A stretch of DNA of 64,000 nt from Cenococcum geophilum (lineage: Eukaryota), in NCBI GenBank assembly GCA_050273025.1, contig CP158636.1:8804001-8868000 (forward strand). Direction: 5' to 3'. This document shows, one piece after another, positions 1-12,700 of the stretch. Under the pieces are notes generated by a model. It was not told the origin of the DNA, searched no databases, and saw only the letters and a program-made list of their open reading frames with translations. Position numbers and translations under genes: made by a program. Every line of letters starts with the position of its first letter. The first letter of the stretch is position 1.

Positions 1-2820
1 TACTACCCGGTCTTAAAACCGGGCCCCTATACGCAATATATATAGTCCGCATAATATATAGTTCTTATCGCTAGCTAATAGTAAGTAAGAAGAAAATATA
101 TAAGTAGCTATAATCTTAAAGACGAGAGATAATATAAAGACATAAGAAACCAGCTAAAGAATGCCCTAAAAAAAGAAGTAAGGAATAGCTAAAGACGGTT
201 TATAAATAAGCATACTACTAACCTAAACCTCCCCTATAATAAAGGTCTTTAGAGAATAGCAAAATAGGTAAAGAGAAAGGCGGGACGTCTAGTAGAAGAC
301 CTATACCTTCCGCCCCTACGAAAACTAGGTAAATTACTAGCTATAAGTAACAATAATAAGAAGGCAAAGATCCTTATAGAAAGATTTTTCCCTTAACCAG
401 CTTTAGTAGACCTTAGTAATATTATAGGCAAAGCACCGGTAACTCGCCTAAGGGTTAACAGCAATATAATAACCGAAGAAATGGCTAGAACTATTAGCCG
501 CCTTTTAAATAATATAGTACTAAAACCAGATAGGATCCTAAATAAAGCCCTAAAGACCTACGGACTACTAATAGCACCTTAGCTTGCGGATATAGCTAAA
601 GTATACTTTATAATAGGCTACTACCCGAGACTTAGAAGAGCTATAATAATATTTATCCTATATAAAGAAGGTAAAGCAGACTATTTATTTCCAGGGAGCT
701 ACCGCCCTATTGCCTTAGAAAATACCCTTAGCAAGATCTTAGAAAGGGTAATAGCAGACTATATAGTAGACATGGCTAAGGAATATACCCTACTACCACA
801 AAGCTAAATAGAGGTAAGAAAGAACCGCTTAACACTATTAGTACTTACACTACTCGCTACCACTATTAAATCTGCATAGGCTATGCAAAGGGACTTTGTA
901 GTATTAATGCTTAGCCTAGATATTAGTAGCGCTTATAACAATATACCCTATAAGCGTCTCCTATATATCCTTAGGGCAAAAGGCTTCTTAAAATAGATTA
1001 TATAATTTGTTTAAGGGTTTATAAGCTAAAATAAAACATTACTAGTCTTTAGCGGATACTAAAGCCCCCCTATCGCAGTTGCAACAGGAATACTATAAAA
1101 ATTACCCCTCTCGCTTATACTCTTCCTTTTCTTTATAAGCAACCTACTTAACTCCTTTAAGGAATGGCCGACCTAGGGGATAGGCTTTATTAATAATATA
1201 AACCTAATTATATACGGGCTAATAGCCGCAGAGAATTACAGAACACTAAAGAAAGCTTATAATACCTATATAGAATAGGTAAGACAATATAGAGTCTAAT
1301 TCTTACTAAAGAAATACCAGCTAATCTATTTTATAAGAAAACGCAACTAATCTATAAATTTCTAGTATATAATTTATATCTAAGGCTTTAGGGGTTAACT
1401 AGTTTAGGGCCTAAGAGTATTAGGAGTATAGGTAAACAGTAAGCTCTAGTAGAGCGCTTATACGGTATAAGCAGCCTATAAGGGCGAAGTATAGTACATT
1501 ATATTATCTAGGATTGTCAATTTTATATAAGGTCTATACTTCTAAAGGTTTCGCCTACTATATATAGCAGTTATCTGGCTAACCATAATATATAGGTCCA
1601 GTATTTAGGCCATTAGGGAATCTAAGAAAGGCCCCCCTAAATCGCTCCTTAAACCACTCTAAAAAGTCTAAATAGCCTGCCTTTAGGGTATAATAGGTGG
1701 ATATAAGCGAATGGCCATAGCACTACTTAAAAAGGAAGCTAATATTCCCCCTCTATAACTATATATTAAAGCCGCTATAATATAAAGGGCGTAAAAGGAA
1801 CGTAACTCTAATATTATAAAGTACATTAAGATACGCCTAAATAAACTACAAAGAAACCTTAGGGCGCCTTATAGGAGAACAAACCAACAACCCTAAAGTA
1901 GGGAAGATATATTAGAGAAACAGGTAAAGAAAGTAAAAGAAAAATAGTACTGCTTTAGGGCCTAGGCCCATATAGAGGAGAAAAGGAGACGTATAAGAGG
2001 CCAGTAAGGATAATAGTAAGAAAGAGAAAGGAGTTAAAGTAGAGTATAAAAGAACGCCGGGAAACTATTTACCGTAATGTAATACTGGCTAGACTAACGC
2101 TAGAGAGGTATATAGGAGTTGAAGGTACAGAGGCTAACTAAGGCAAGAGGGACCTAAGCCGTAGCATAGTTAACGCTATAGGGGGTAAACACTCTAGGGC
2201 TTTAAAAAGGCCTAATAAAGGCAGAAAATATAATAGCAACACTCTTAAGAATAGGAATAATAGGACTAAAAGATAGGCTTTACTAGGTAGGTATTCTAGT
2301 AGGTAGCCTAAGATATAAATATAGCTGGCTAAGACAGACACTAAAACACGTAATACTATTATGCCTCTTATACACTCACTAAGAAGTAATACTCTTAATA
2401 GCTGGCATAGAGAACTATAAGACACTACTCTTAATATAAAAAGGCCTTAAGGCGGTTACCTAGTGGCTTATTAGCTAAAATATACTAAACTAGTTCTAGG
2501 TTGTAAACGAAATAGTAATAAAGGGTAGGGGGGTAAATAACAGGCGCCCCCTAATAACTCTATAGTAGTAGAGTAAAGTTTATAATACTAGCGCGTCCGT
2601 AGGCTTATTACGGCAGCAGTGGTTCCTAAAGAGGTTAAAAAGTAAGGTAGTAGAAGCACTATAGGTGATCTACAGGCGCTTTATAGGCGAGTCCTAAAAG
2701 GCGGGGAGATGGATTACGGGGTTTTCTTAAATAGAGTTTTCTCCCTATATATACATAAGGAGTAGTCCGCGTGGGCCTAATAGGGATCTAAATTGGACGT
2801 TAAGCAATGAATTATTATTA
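1..2820 (+). mobile_element. Non-LTR retrotransposon (LINE family A, Tad1-like), 3' portion with RT, RIP-degraded; 5' end lies outside the window
   Basis: ~673-750 translates KADY..PGSYRPIALENTLSKILER (non-LTR RT domain). Ends in ggacgttaagcaatgaa(tta)n at ~2820. Homologous to 16543-19165 (minus) and 6736-7041. Confidence 0.9.
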
Positions 2821-4009
2821 TATAACTTAGCTACCTTTTATCCTATAGCTTAATTCGTTCTAGCGCCTCCTATACTATTTTAATTAACCTATTTATATAT
2901 CTTTTTAGTAGTTCTACTACTGCTAATATAAGGTCTGTAATACTATCCCTCTTCTCTTTATCTTTATTCTTAAAGATACTTTCTATCTCTAAGTTGTCTA
3001 TTAGAGGTATAGTATTCCCGTTTTTAATTTAATAACTTTTATTAGATTCTTATTATTTAATTAATATAGCCAGCTAGTAACTACTATACTATTACTTAGT
3101 AAAGTTATACTGTCCTATTCTTATTATAAGGAGAAAAAGTTAATATATATTATAATTACAGCTCTATTTAGTTACTAACCTTTTTTCTATACTAGGTATA
3201 TATAAGCGAACATATAATTATCCTATAATATTTAATCTATCTTTAATACTAAGTATGCGCGTTTTATTATTCTTTATAGGCGTTTAGTACTTTATCTAAT
3301 TTATTATAGGGTCTTATATTTAATCTACCATATTATATTTTAAGGATAAGTTAGCCTTAGCCCTTACTAAGGTATAAAAACTCCAAGATAATAAAGAGTG
3401 GATTTACGCTAAAGAGTAGAGAGTGTTTAAAGCTTAACTAGCTACTTACGCTAGGTTACTTCGTCTTAAAAAGATTTATAAAAAGGTATACTTTAAGGAG
3501 TTATGTCTTACTAAATAAAGTCTTTATAAGCTTAAGGCTAAAGAGGTGGAAATAGTTTATATACTAGCAGTAAATCTCTTAAATAATCTGGCTTATTTAT
3601 TACCTTTAACTAATCCCTTTATCTTTAGCTCCTTCTTAATATTACCTAACCCGTTTTCTTTTAATACTCTTATACATTTTCTATAGCATTTTTTAAGTTC
3701 TATAGTAGTTCCTAAGTAGTCTTATTATAGCCTATCCACTTTACTTTATACTATATTTTATTATTAATGTCCTTATAACTAATAATTTTTAAAACTTTCT
3801 ATTTATCTTCCCCTTATTTTCTATATACACCTACTTTATAAACTAATGGCTTTACGTCTTTATACGCTGGCTTTAGTATCGCGATATACTATATAAAGTA
3901 AACCTTTATTTTCGCTAGTAAGTTAAATCTATACATAACTTCTAAAATCTTGGCTATAATTTTAAATAGTCCTAGTCTAACATAGTCTAACATTTTACTT
4001 AGTTATTGG
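2821..4009 (-). mobile_element. Remnant 3' end of a Gypsy element related to family D (partial LTR, PPT, antisense Cys-rich ORF, chromodomain/integrase C-terminus)
   Basis: LTR-like end tgtaata at ~2942 is followed by the pyrimidine tract ctatccctcttctc, as at 25344 and 49466. 3600-4000 aligns by eye with 26050-26450 and 50170-50570. Confidence 0.7.
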
Positions 4010-6735
4010 TGTAAGGGATATTATTGCGGATACCTTAGGTTGCCCTTAAGACAACCCCCGGACGCCTTTTAGATAGTCGCTAGTTATATACTAGAGGCCT
4101 TACCTCCTTAAAAATTCGTCTTTTTTACTAATCTATCCTATTCTACAATTGTGTCCTTATAGCTCCCTATCTACAAAGTCCCCTTATATTTAAATCCTTT
4201 CTACTCTATTTAGAAGGGTAGCTGGCTTAAGAACTAGATTATTTGTTTATATCCTTTATTTACAACTACTATCCTTCTTTAAAATCTTGTAATAACCTAA
4301 ATAGAAACTCCACGGATACCTTATAGAAAGCTGTCGCGCTAAGGTAGAAAGACCCATTTAATAGCGAGAGATTGCGATAATATAAATCTCTAGGTAAGAT
4401 AGCTAAATAAGCCCTAATACCTAAATGCGCTAGAAGCTTAAAGACTCTTATATACCTATAGTTACCGCTAGGGAAAACGTAGATATCCTTTATAACGGTT
4501 ATAATATTGCTAAAAAGTAACTAGAACCCCTTTAGCCCTACCTAAACCAATTAAAAGATTAAGCGCTAAAGGTAACTTTAAGATCTTCTCTTAAGCTAGA
4601 AATGCTAGAGGAATACACTAATATATCTAACTAGGGACCTAACTAGAACCCTCCCAGAAGACCACCAGCCTATAATTAGTATAGTAGCGGTATATAGACT
4701 GCTTACGAGCTAAGCGGGCTTACCCCTTTAAAAAACTAAACTTAAACACTAACTTAAGACCTAAGGCTTATTGGGAAACCCGCACTAGCTATTAATACTA
4801 ATATTACCTTTATAATAGGAGCTTTCCTAAGCCTAAGTTTAGAAGGGTAAAAGTCCTATACTAATCTCCTTTAAGACGGATATTAGGAAGCTGTTATAAT
4901 GCTCTTAAAAGCTATATAGGAGGGAGCTACTAATAAATATATTAGAACTCTTTAAGGGCAAATCTATATCTAGTAGGGTTTAATTTAGGCTAGATAAATT
5001 TTTTAATAACCTAGCTAAGGCTAAGGGCTTTTTAGGGGCTACCTAGCACCTACCTAAAAAGGTGTAAAAGACTTAAAGAGGCATTTACGCAATAAATAAA
5101 AAAGGATATAAACTAACTAGCTAAGGCCTCTAGTAGTTTAGAACTCCGTTATAAACCTAACGGCTAATATTTAGACAATTGGGTTTATAAGGTAGATAAC
5201 TTCTTTAAGATATTAATAATACGAGATAATACTAAAGAACGTATACGCTGGATTATTAGTAAGATTAAAGACCAATTACTAAACCAGATTGCGCTTAATT
5301 AACCTAATAAAGAGTAAATTATTATATAGCTATAGCTGTAGACCTTCCTAAAGGGTTGGACTTAAGATCTATATATTATATAATATAATAATACAGAATA
5401 ATTCTGGAACAGTATATAGTTAGACCGTTAAGACTTCCGCTAGTTTATAAACTTTATAGAAACTTATACTTAATAGATAAATTTAGAGCTATTAAAAATA
5501 GAGACGGTAGTATTTATAAGAAGAAGAAGATTGGATTTATCTAGGCTAGAATTAAGCTAGTAATTTATAATAAAATAAAGACGTAGGAGCCCTACCGCGG
5601 ATTACTATATATATAGATTTTAAACGAGCGGTTCTAAACACTAAGAACGTGGTAAGGAACTAGACCTCTTCCAGTAGAAAGCTAGGGGGTAATTAAAAGC
5701 GTGGGTATTTTAGTAGTAATATAGAGCAAACCTAAGCTGTTCTTAAGAAGAACTTTAAAAGGGTTAAAGTTAGGGGCCCTAAATAATAGGAAAGACTTTT
5801 AAGGCTAACCCGATACTTGTCCGGCACCCTTATAGAAATATTCTAAGAAGCTAAAAGGAAATTTCCCTAAAGGTAAATCTTATTAGAAGAATAAGTTGGG
5901 TAATAATCGCACTAATAATCTAAAAAAGAAAGTCCCTAGTTATAAACGTCTTCTAGCTATAATTAGGGTAAGATACGGAAAGGAAGACCCTCTATATTAC
6001 TATTAAGCTAGAAATAATACTCTTTATAGGTAAGACGTATTAGTTCTAAGTACTATATAATAGCGGCGCCGAAATTAATCTTATACGATATAATTTAGCA
6101 AAAGAGTATAAACTTATCCTATTATTAAGGTGGCGAAAACCTATTATAGGCTTCTTAAATAAGCATTGGATTAAACTATATAGTGCCCATAAGCTTATAG
6201 TGTTAGTAGCCAATATATATAACTGTACTAAGGTAGTTGGCTCGCAATCCTTCTAGGTAGCTAACTTTAAAGGTTATAACCTTGTTCTTAGATACCCTTA
6301 GCTTATAAAAATAAATCTTAAGATACGCTTTAAAATAGGAGCTTTTAAATAGTGGAACAATAAAGAATTAAAAGGGCGTATATTACTAATAAGCTTAAAA
6401 GATATCCTAGAGGATATAGCTCTAAGTAAAATAGTATACGCTTTACACCTAAAGGAGTATTAGATTTAACCTCTATTTTATAATAAGATAGGTATAAAGC
6501 CTAATATAGGTAATACCCCTTCTAAAACGGATACCTTATAGGGAACTGCCGGATAGGTTACAGAGATATTATAAGGAGGCGGCGATCTTAAGGATTTTAT
6601 AAGATACTTTAACCGTTATAGTTACTTTAGCTTAAATAATACGTAGAGAGTATATTACGATACCTTAAATATTATGTTAAAGAATTCTATACCCTCTACT
6701 GGCTACCGTATATAACTGTTTAATATATAGTGGCA

Positions 6736-7041
6736 GGGGGCGAGCAGCAGGTGCCCCCTAGTAACTCTATAGTAGTAGAGTAATAGTTTATAATACTAGC
6801 GCGTCCGTAGGCTTGTTACGGCAGCAGTAGTTCCTAAGGAGGTCAAACAGTAAGGTAGTAGAGCACCATAGGCAACTCGTAGGCGCTAAGTAGGCGAGTT
6901 CTAAAAGGCGGGGAGATGGATCACGGGGTTTTCTCATTTTTCTTAAATAGAGTTTTCTCCCCATATGTAAATAAGGAGTAGTCCGCGTGGGCCCAATAGG
7001 GATCCAAATCGGACGTTAAGCAATGAATTATTATTATTATT
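6736..7041 (+). mobile_element. 5'-truncated LINE family A insertion (3' UTR only)
   Basis: Matches 2530-2820 and ends in (tta)n. 13-bp TSD atatatagtggca at 6723-6735 and 7042-7054. Confidence 0.9.
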
Positions 7042-7682
7042 ATATATAGTGGCAACTATATATAAGTAACTACTATAGCGCGCGATGCTGCCCATAAGCA
7101 TTTTAAGGGAGCTTTAAAACCTACCTAATAATAATATAGAGGATAAACGCGACCCTAATTTGTTAAATATTCTATTAGGCCTAAAGGGCTTACTAAGGGT
7201 ATTTTTAGGTAGATAAACTAAAGTCTTACTATAGAACTTGGAATACGATTATATAATTAATTTTAAAAAAGGTAAATAACCATTAAAACTTTTTATCTAT
7301 AACCTCTTTTATAAAGAGCTTGGGATCTTATAAAAGTATTTTAACAAGTTACTAAAAAAGGGGTAGATCTAGCCTAATAAGCTACTAGTAGGTGCGCCGA
7401 TTCTTTTTATTCTAAAACTAAATAGAACTATAAGGCTATATATAGATTATCGCGGTCTTAATAAGATTATAATTAAAAACCGTTACCTACTACTACTAGT
7501 TAGTAAAATACTAGATTAACTATTTAGGGCGAAGATCTTTACAAAGCTAGATCTATAAGACACCTATTATAGGCTCCATATTAAAAAAGGGGATAAGTAA
7601 AAAACCGCTTTTAAGACCTAATATAGCCACTTTAAGTATTTAGTAATGCCTTTTAGGCTAGCTAATGCGCCTATAATATTCT

Positions 7683-9712
7683 TGTCTGTACGAGTAGAGA
7701 TTATAAATATCGTTACTAGATAAATGGCGTGGAGCGTATGCGGCAGGGGCCGTATGGCGTAGCGTAGGCCACCTGACTACCTACGGCCCGATAGATAGCC
7801 CGACCTTTACTACCCCTTTCTTTCTCTTTTGGTAGACGACGGAAAGAACACGAATAAACCAAGAACCAGTTACCTTATATTGCAATTGCAGTACCCCCCC
7901 GGGTGATACCGACACTAATTAGTGATATTACAGATCAGAATCCGGTGTTATTACGAAGAGAGACAACACGCGATCGCTCCTACTAAGGCCCGTTAATCTC
8001 GTCGCGTTTGCTAAGGAGAACCCTTCCTGTATAGGCCCTGGGAACTCAAAGAACCGACTCCTACCAAGGCTTCGTTCGGTTCGCGTCCATCACGCAAATC
8101 AACCACTTAATAAGGAGAACCCTTCCTACCAAGGCCCTGGGAACTCAAAGAACCGACTCCTACTAAGGCTTCGTTCGGTTCGCGTCCACCACGCAAAATC
8201 AATACCCAGTACGACCTCTTTACTGAGCGCCAGTACACCCTACAACCCAGCAGCGTCAGCAGCACCCCTACCTACACCACGATCTACACCAGTTATTATG
8301 TCCGACGCAGGAACCCAACGTCCGCGCTGGGGCAACGGGATCACCCTAACCAACGAGACTACTGCAGAAGATATCACTAACTACATTAACTTTAAAATTA
8401 ATGAGTATACTAAATACAATTTTAAGGATAAAAGCCTATGGGAATTATACCAAGAGGACTTTGACAATTTTGAGGTACAGATATTTAAGGACGCTTATAG
8501 GTCCGCAATTATGGAACTTAAACAACTACTCTAACGTAATAGAGTATAGGTCTTTAATAAGAAGAGCAAATTAATACCACAAGCACTATACAACGTCGCC
8601 CACGAGAACGACCGTACGGAATGGTCAGATGCAGAAATTAGACTATTTATTAGTACTGAAGGACCTTTTAATTCATATGTCATTAACCGCCGTCTTAAAT
8701 TACGTCCATTAACTCTGGTGTCGTCTGCCACCCCAGCCTCAGCCGTCTTAAATGACCTTCCTACGGCCGAGCTTCCCTTGCCTACAAACGTTACGGCTCC
8801 GTCTACCAACGTCACGGCTTCGCCTACAAACGTTACGGCTCCGCCTACAAACGTTACGGCTCCCTCTGCGAACGTCACAGCTCCCTCTACGAATACCCCT
8901 GTGACACCTCAACCACCTGTTGCATCTATACCCCAGCAAGCTGCACTGACTGCTACTCAACAGCAGTACTACCCTCAAACACCTGTTGCACTTGTACCCC
9001 AGCAACCTGCCTAGCAACAGTATAACTTTCAGCAGCCTGCCTAGTAGCAGCAGTACGACCCTCGGCAACCTGGCCGACAACAGCATACCCTATTGCAATT
9101 TACCCGACAACAGCAACCAGACCCAGGAGGAGGAGGAACAACGTTATATAATACTTGGTTGTTAACCCTTCCACCTATTTTCCCCTATGGTCTGCGACAA
9201 CTTTTATACCTTCTAAAGCCGCCATACCTTCGGTTCTAACTTCAACTACGCTCTGTTATGGGATACTCCTATAACACCTTCCGCAATTTTTACGATATCC
9301 GCAATATCCGCAATATCCGTAGCGATATCCGCAATATCCGTAATGATATCCGCAACGTCTGCAATATCCGTAATATTCGCAATACCGAAACATCCGCGAT
9401 TACTGCCCCGAGCACCTGTTAACCTATATACTTCTCCTTTATACTTTCTTACCTTCTTTTCTTTTTATAAATGCCGCCAGTGTCTATATAAGTAGAGATT
9501 ATAAATATCGTTACTAGATAAATGGCGTGGAGCGTATGCGGCAGGGGCTGTATGGCGTAGCGTAGGTCACCTAACTACCTACGGCCCGATAGATAGCCCG
9601 ACCTTTACTACCCCTTTCTTTCTCTTTTAGTAGATGACGGAAAGAACACGAATAAACCAAGAACCAGTTACCTTATATTGCAATTGCAGTACCCCCCCAG
9701 GTGATACCGACA
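7683..9712 (+). mobile_element. Non-autonomous LTR element (TRIM/LARD-like, 2.03 kb) inserted in the RT of Gypsy B
   Basis: 232-bp LTRs TG...CA at 7683-7914 and 9481-9712; TSD ATTCT at 7678-7682 and 9713-9717. No pol motifs inside. Strand inferred from the internal ORF only. Confidence 0.9.
8298..9240 (+). pseudogene. Gag-like/unknown ORF of the non-autonomous LTR element with PTNVTAP and Gln/Pro repeats, broken by RIP-type stops
   Basis: ORF-track ORFs 8298..8534 and 8718..9014 are in the same frame (offset 420). Intervening stops are CAA>TAA, TGG>TAG and CAG>TAG type. 3' end approximate. Confidence 0.6.
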
Positions 9713-12700
9713 ATTCTAATTATATATTTATAGAGCCTTAGGAGGACTAGTTAACCGTATATACGTTAATTATTTAGATAATATTTTAATCTACTTAGAA
9801 GATATGGATTAGTATAAGTAATACGTCCGCGAAGTACTAGAATGTTTAAACAATTAGGGCCTCTACGCTAAGGCATTAAAGTATATCTTTAATACTAAGC
9901 AGGTCGAGTTTCTAGGTTATATTATAATGCCTATAGGTGTAGTTATAGACCGAGTATAGGTATAGATAATTTAAGAGTAGCTAGAGCTAGAGAGCTATTA
10001 AGATATTTAAGTATATCTAGGCTTTAATAATTTCTATAAACGCTTTATCTATAACTACTTAGACGTTATTTAATACCAATTTAATTATATTATAGAAGCT
10101 TTCTAAGACCTAGCTTAAGAGGCAAAAGCTTAAAAATGGGAAGGAAGAAAACTAAAAAGGGACTAACTAAATAGTATAAACTATAGTTATAGCCTAGAAA
10201 GGTTTAGGAGGCCTTTTAAAAACTATATATAAAGTTTATAAAAGCTTTATTACTACGACATTTTAACCTAGATTAGCTATTAATAATAATTACTAATATA
10301 TTAAAATTTGCCCTTATTAGTATCCTATTATAACCTAATACGTATTTAAATGCTACCTAGCTCTACTAAAAACTAATAGTATTTTATAGCAGAAAATTCT
10401 AAGGGCTTAAAGTTAGGTATTATACCCATAATAAGGAACTGCTGGCTATAGTTAACTGCTTTAAATAGTAGCAATACTATCTTAAGCACGCGAGCTATAC
10501 TACTTGTATACTCTTAGATTATTATAATCTACGCTACTTTATAATTATAAAGAAGCTTACACCTTAATAGGCTAAATAGGTGGAGGAGCTTATATAATTT
10601 AATTTTAAGATTAAATATAAGCTAGGGGAAAGTAACCTTACTAATAGACTGTTATAACGGCTAGACTATACTAAAGGCTTTAAAATAGGAGAAGGAAAAT
10701 AAATAATAGATATCTTACTCCCTATATTATAGAATAAGCTCTAGGTATAGAATACTTAAGTACTTATTGCTTTACGCACTAGGTTTTAGGCGGTATAAGC
10801 CCTATTAGTTTCCATTAATATTCTAGTTAGTATTTAGTTTATTACTAATAAGGGTCTAAATATACCTAAATAAGATATCCCTAATATACTTTCGGAACCT
10901 AGTAATATATTACCCCTAATTACTAAGCTATTTTCTTAAACTAATAGTAAAGCTATAGAGTAATTAGAACTTGGAGGCCTATAATAACTAAAGGACTTTA
11001 ACCTTTTAGCGGCCTTCCTAATATATATATATTAAGAGGTTATAAAATCTATAGTACTATTTAGTCTTATACTTAATAGCAGTGACTTAGTTAATTAAGG
11101 CATAAGTATAGTAAGAGGGACGCGCAAGCCTATATAATTGGTAGTCTATAAACAAGGATTTAAAGCTAGAAAAAGGAAAGGAGATAAAGGGCGGCGCTGC
11201 TTAACGTTCTATACGATCCTCTAGTTACATAACGGCAACTATTTAGAACTGTGTAAAACTGTCTATAACTATCTACAACTATCTATTATAATCTACTAAT
11301 ATCTATTAGCCGCAATCTACTAGTTTCTACCAGTGCTATTACGGACGCTTTAAGTACAATATTATAACTACTTGGGGAAGAGTCGGTAGAAGCTAGTTAG
11401 TTAATTTAGGCATAGTCTAGAATGGAACCAGTAGAACTATATAATGAGGAATAGTAACTAAGGTTACATAATATGCTATGTATTAAATAAGAGGAACGGA
11501 GGGAACCTACGTACTTTATATATAACACGTATATTACGTATAAGGAGGATTTTATAGGAGTACAGTTGTGTATTTAAGGACCCTTAATCCCTACCTAGAT
11601 AGTTTCTTCCTTATAGTAATTCTTAGAATATAATTAGAGTTAATCTATTAGGCAACCACTCCGCTAGTTATTATTACATTATTAACTTTAATTTATATTA
11701 CCTATATACCTAGCCTAATAATAAGCCTATTGTAGTACTTGCTATAAGGTTCCGTTATATAATTACTACCTAGTTACGGTATTAAATATAGAAAGTCAAA
11801 CAATATGCTACTAAAAGCAGCCACTATAACGCTATTAACGGCGGCAACTACTTTAAGGTCAGGAGATACCAGTATAGCAGATACTAATTTATAGCAACCT
11901 ATAACGGTCGGATAACTATAAGAGATAGTTAACTAATTAATGACTAATAATGCGGCGTTAGAGGAAAGGGTTAATAGAATTAGAGTAGTAAAGATTAAGT
12001 TACTATTAATTAAGAGATACTTAGGAGAGAGATTAAAGCTTAAGGGGTTTCTTATATAAATGTACTTTAAAGTTATATAAGAAGGGGTAAAGCTACTAAT
12101 ACCTATAGATCAAATAGCCTATGCGGGACTATTCCTATTAAGAAGAGCACTTGGGTAGTTTAGGTTTTGCCTTACGGAAATATAGGCAAATAGAATAACA
12201 ACCACTAATTAAGAGGTACGATTTATATTCTTAAGCTAGGAAGGGTTTACGGAGCGACTTACACAAATATTTAAAGACCCTAAGGTAGTAACTATAGTAA
12301 AAAGAAAACTCCAAGATATTACGTAACGAACCTTAGTAATTAAGTATATAACGCAGTTCTAGACGCTAGCTACGCAAGTTAAGTAAAATAATAAGGCGCT
12401 TATGCCATAGTATAAGCAAGGACTTAAGGCTAAAGTCTAGGATATAATTATCCTAATAGAAGATGCGGATACCCTATAGGAGTTAATAGATTAAGCAATT
12501 AAGATTAATAATTAGATCTATTAAAGGGAATAGGCCAAGAGAGGCTAGGATAGAGTTCTATAGTTATATAAGGCGTAAAGTACGCAACGACTAAAGCTAA
12601 GTTAGAAACTATAGTATAGCGCAGAACTAATAGACCTAAGTAGTATTAGAGAAGCCCATAAGAGATAGAGTAAGAAACTATAAAAACCTAAAGGTTAAGG

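Larger units (their letters stand above)
4010..11076 (+). mobile_element. Ty3/Gypsy LTR retrotransposon (family B), RIP-degraded; interrupted by a LINE fragment, a non-autonomous LTR element and element C
   Basis: Putative LTR tgtaagg...ttaca at 4010-~4264. RT motif (de-RIPed) LRLCVDYRGLNKITIKNRYPLP at ~7430-7500. Y(L)DDILIY at ~9770-9795. RNase H HDKELLAIV at ~10425-10455. Confidence 0.8.

Noticed and set aside
6723..6735. Shared ATATATAGT start of two LINE-A target sites, suggesting sequence specificity
   Set aside because: Only two sites, RIP converges sequences toward TA runs, and the third family-A flank at 2821 differs.
8748..9086. Minus-strand ORFs 8531..8878 and 8748..9086
   Set aside because: Shadows of the 21-bp repeat; the plus frame is the continuous one.
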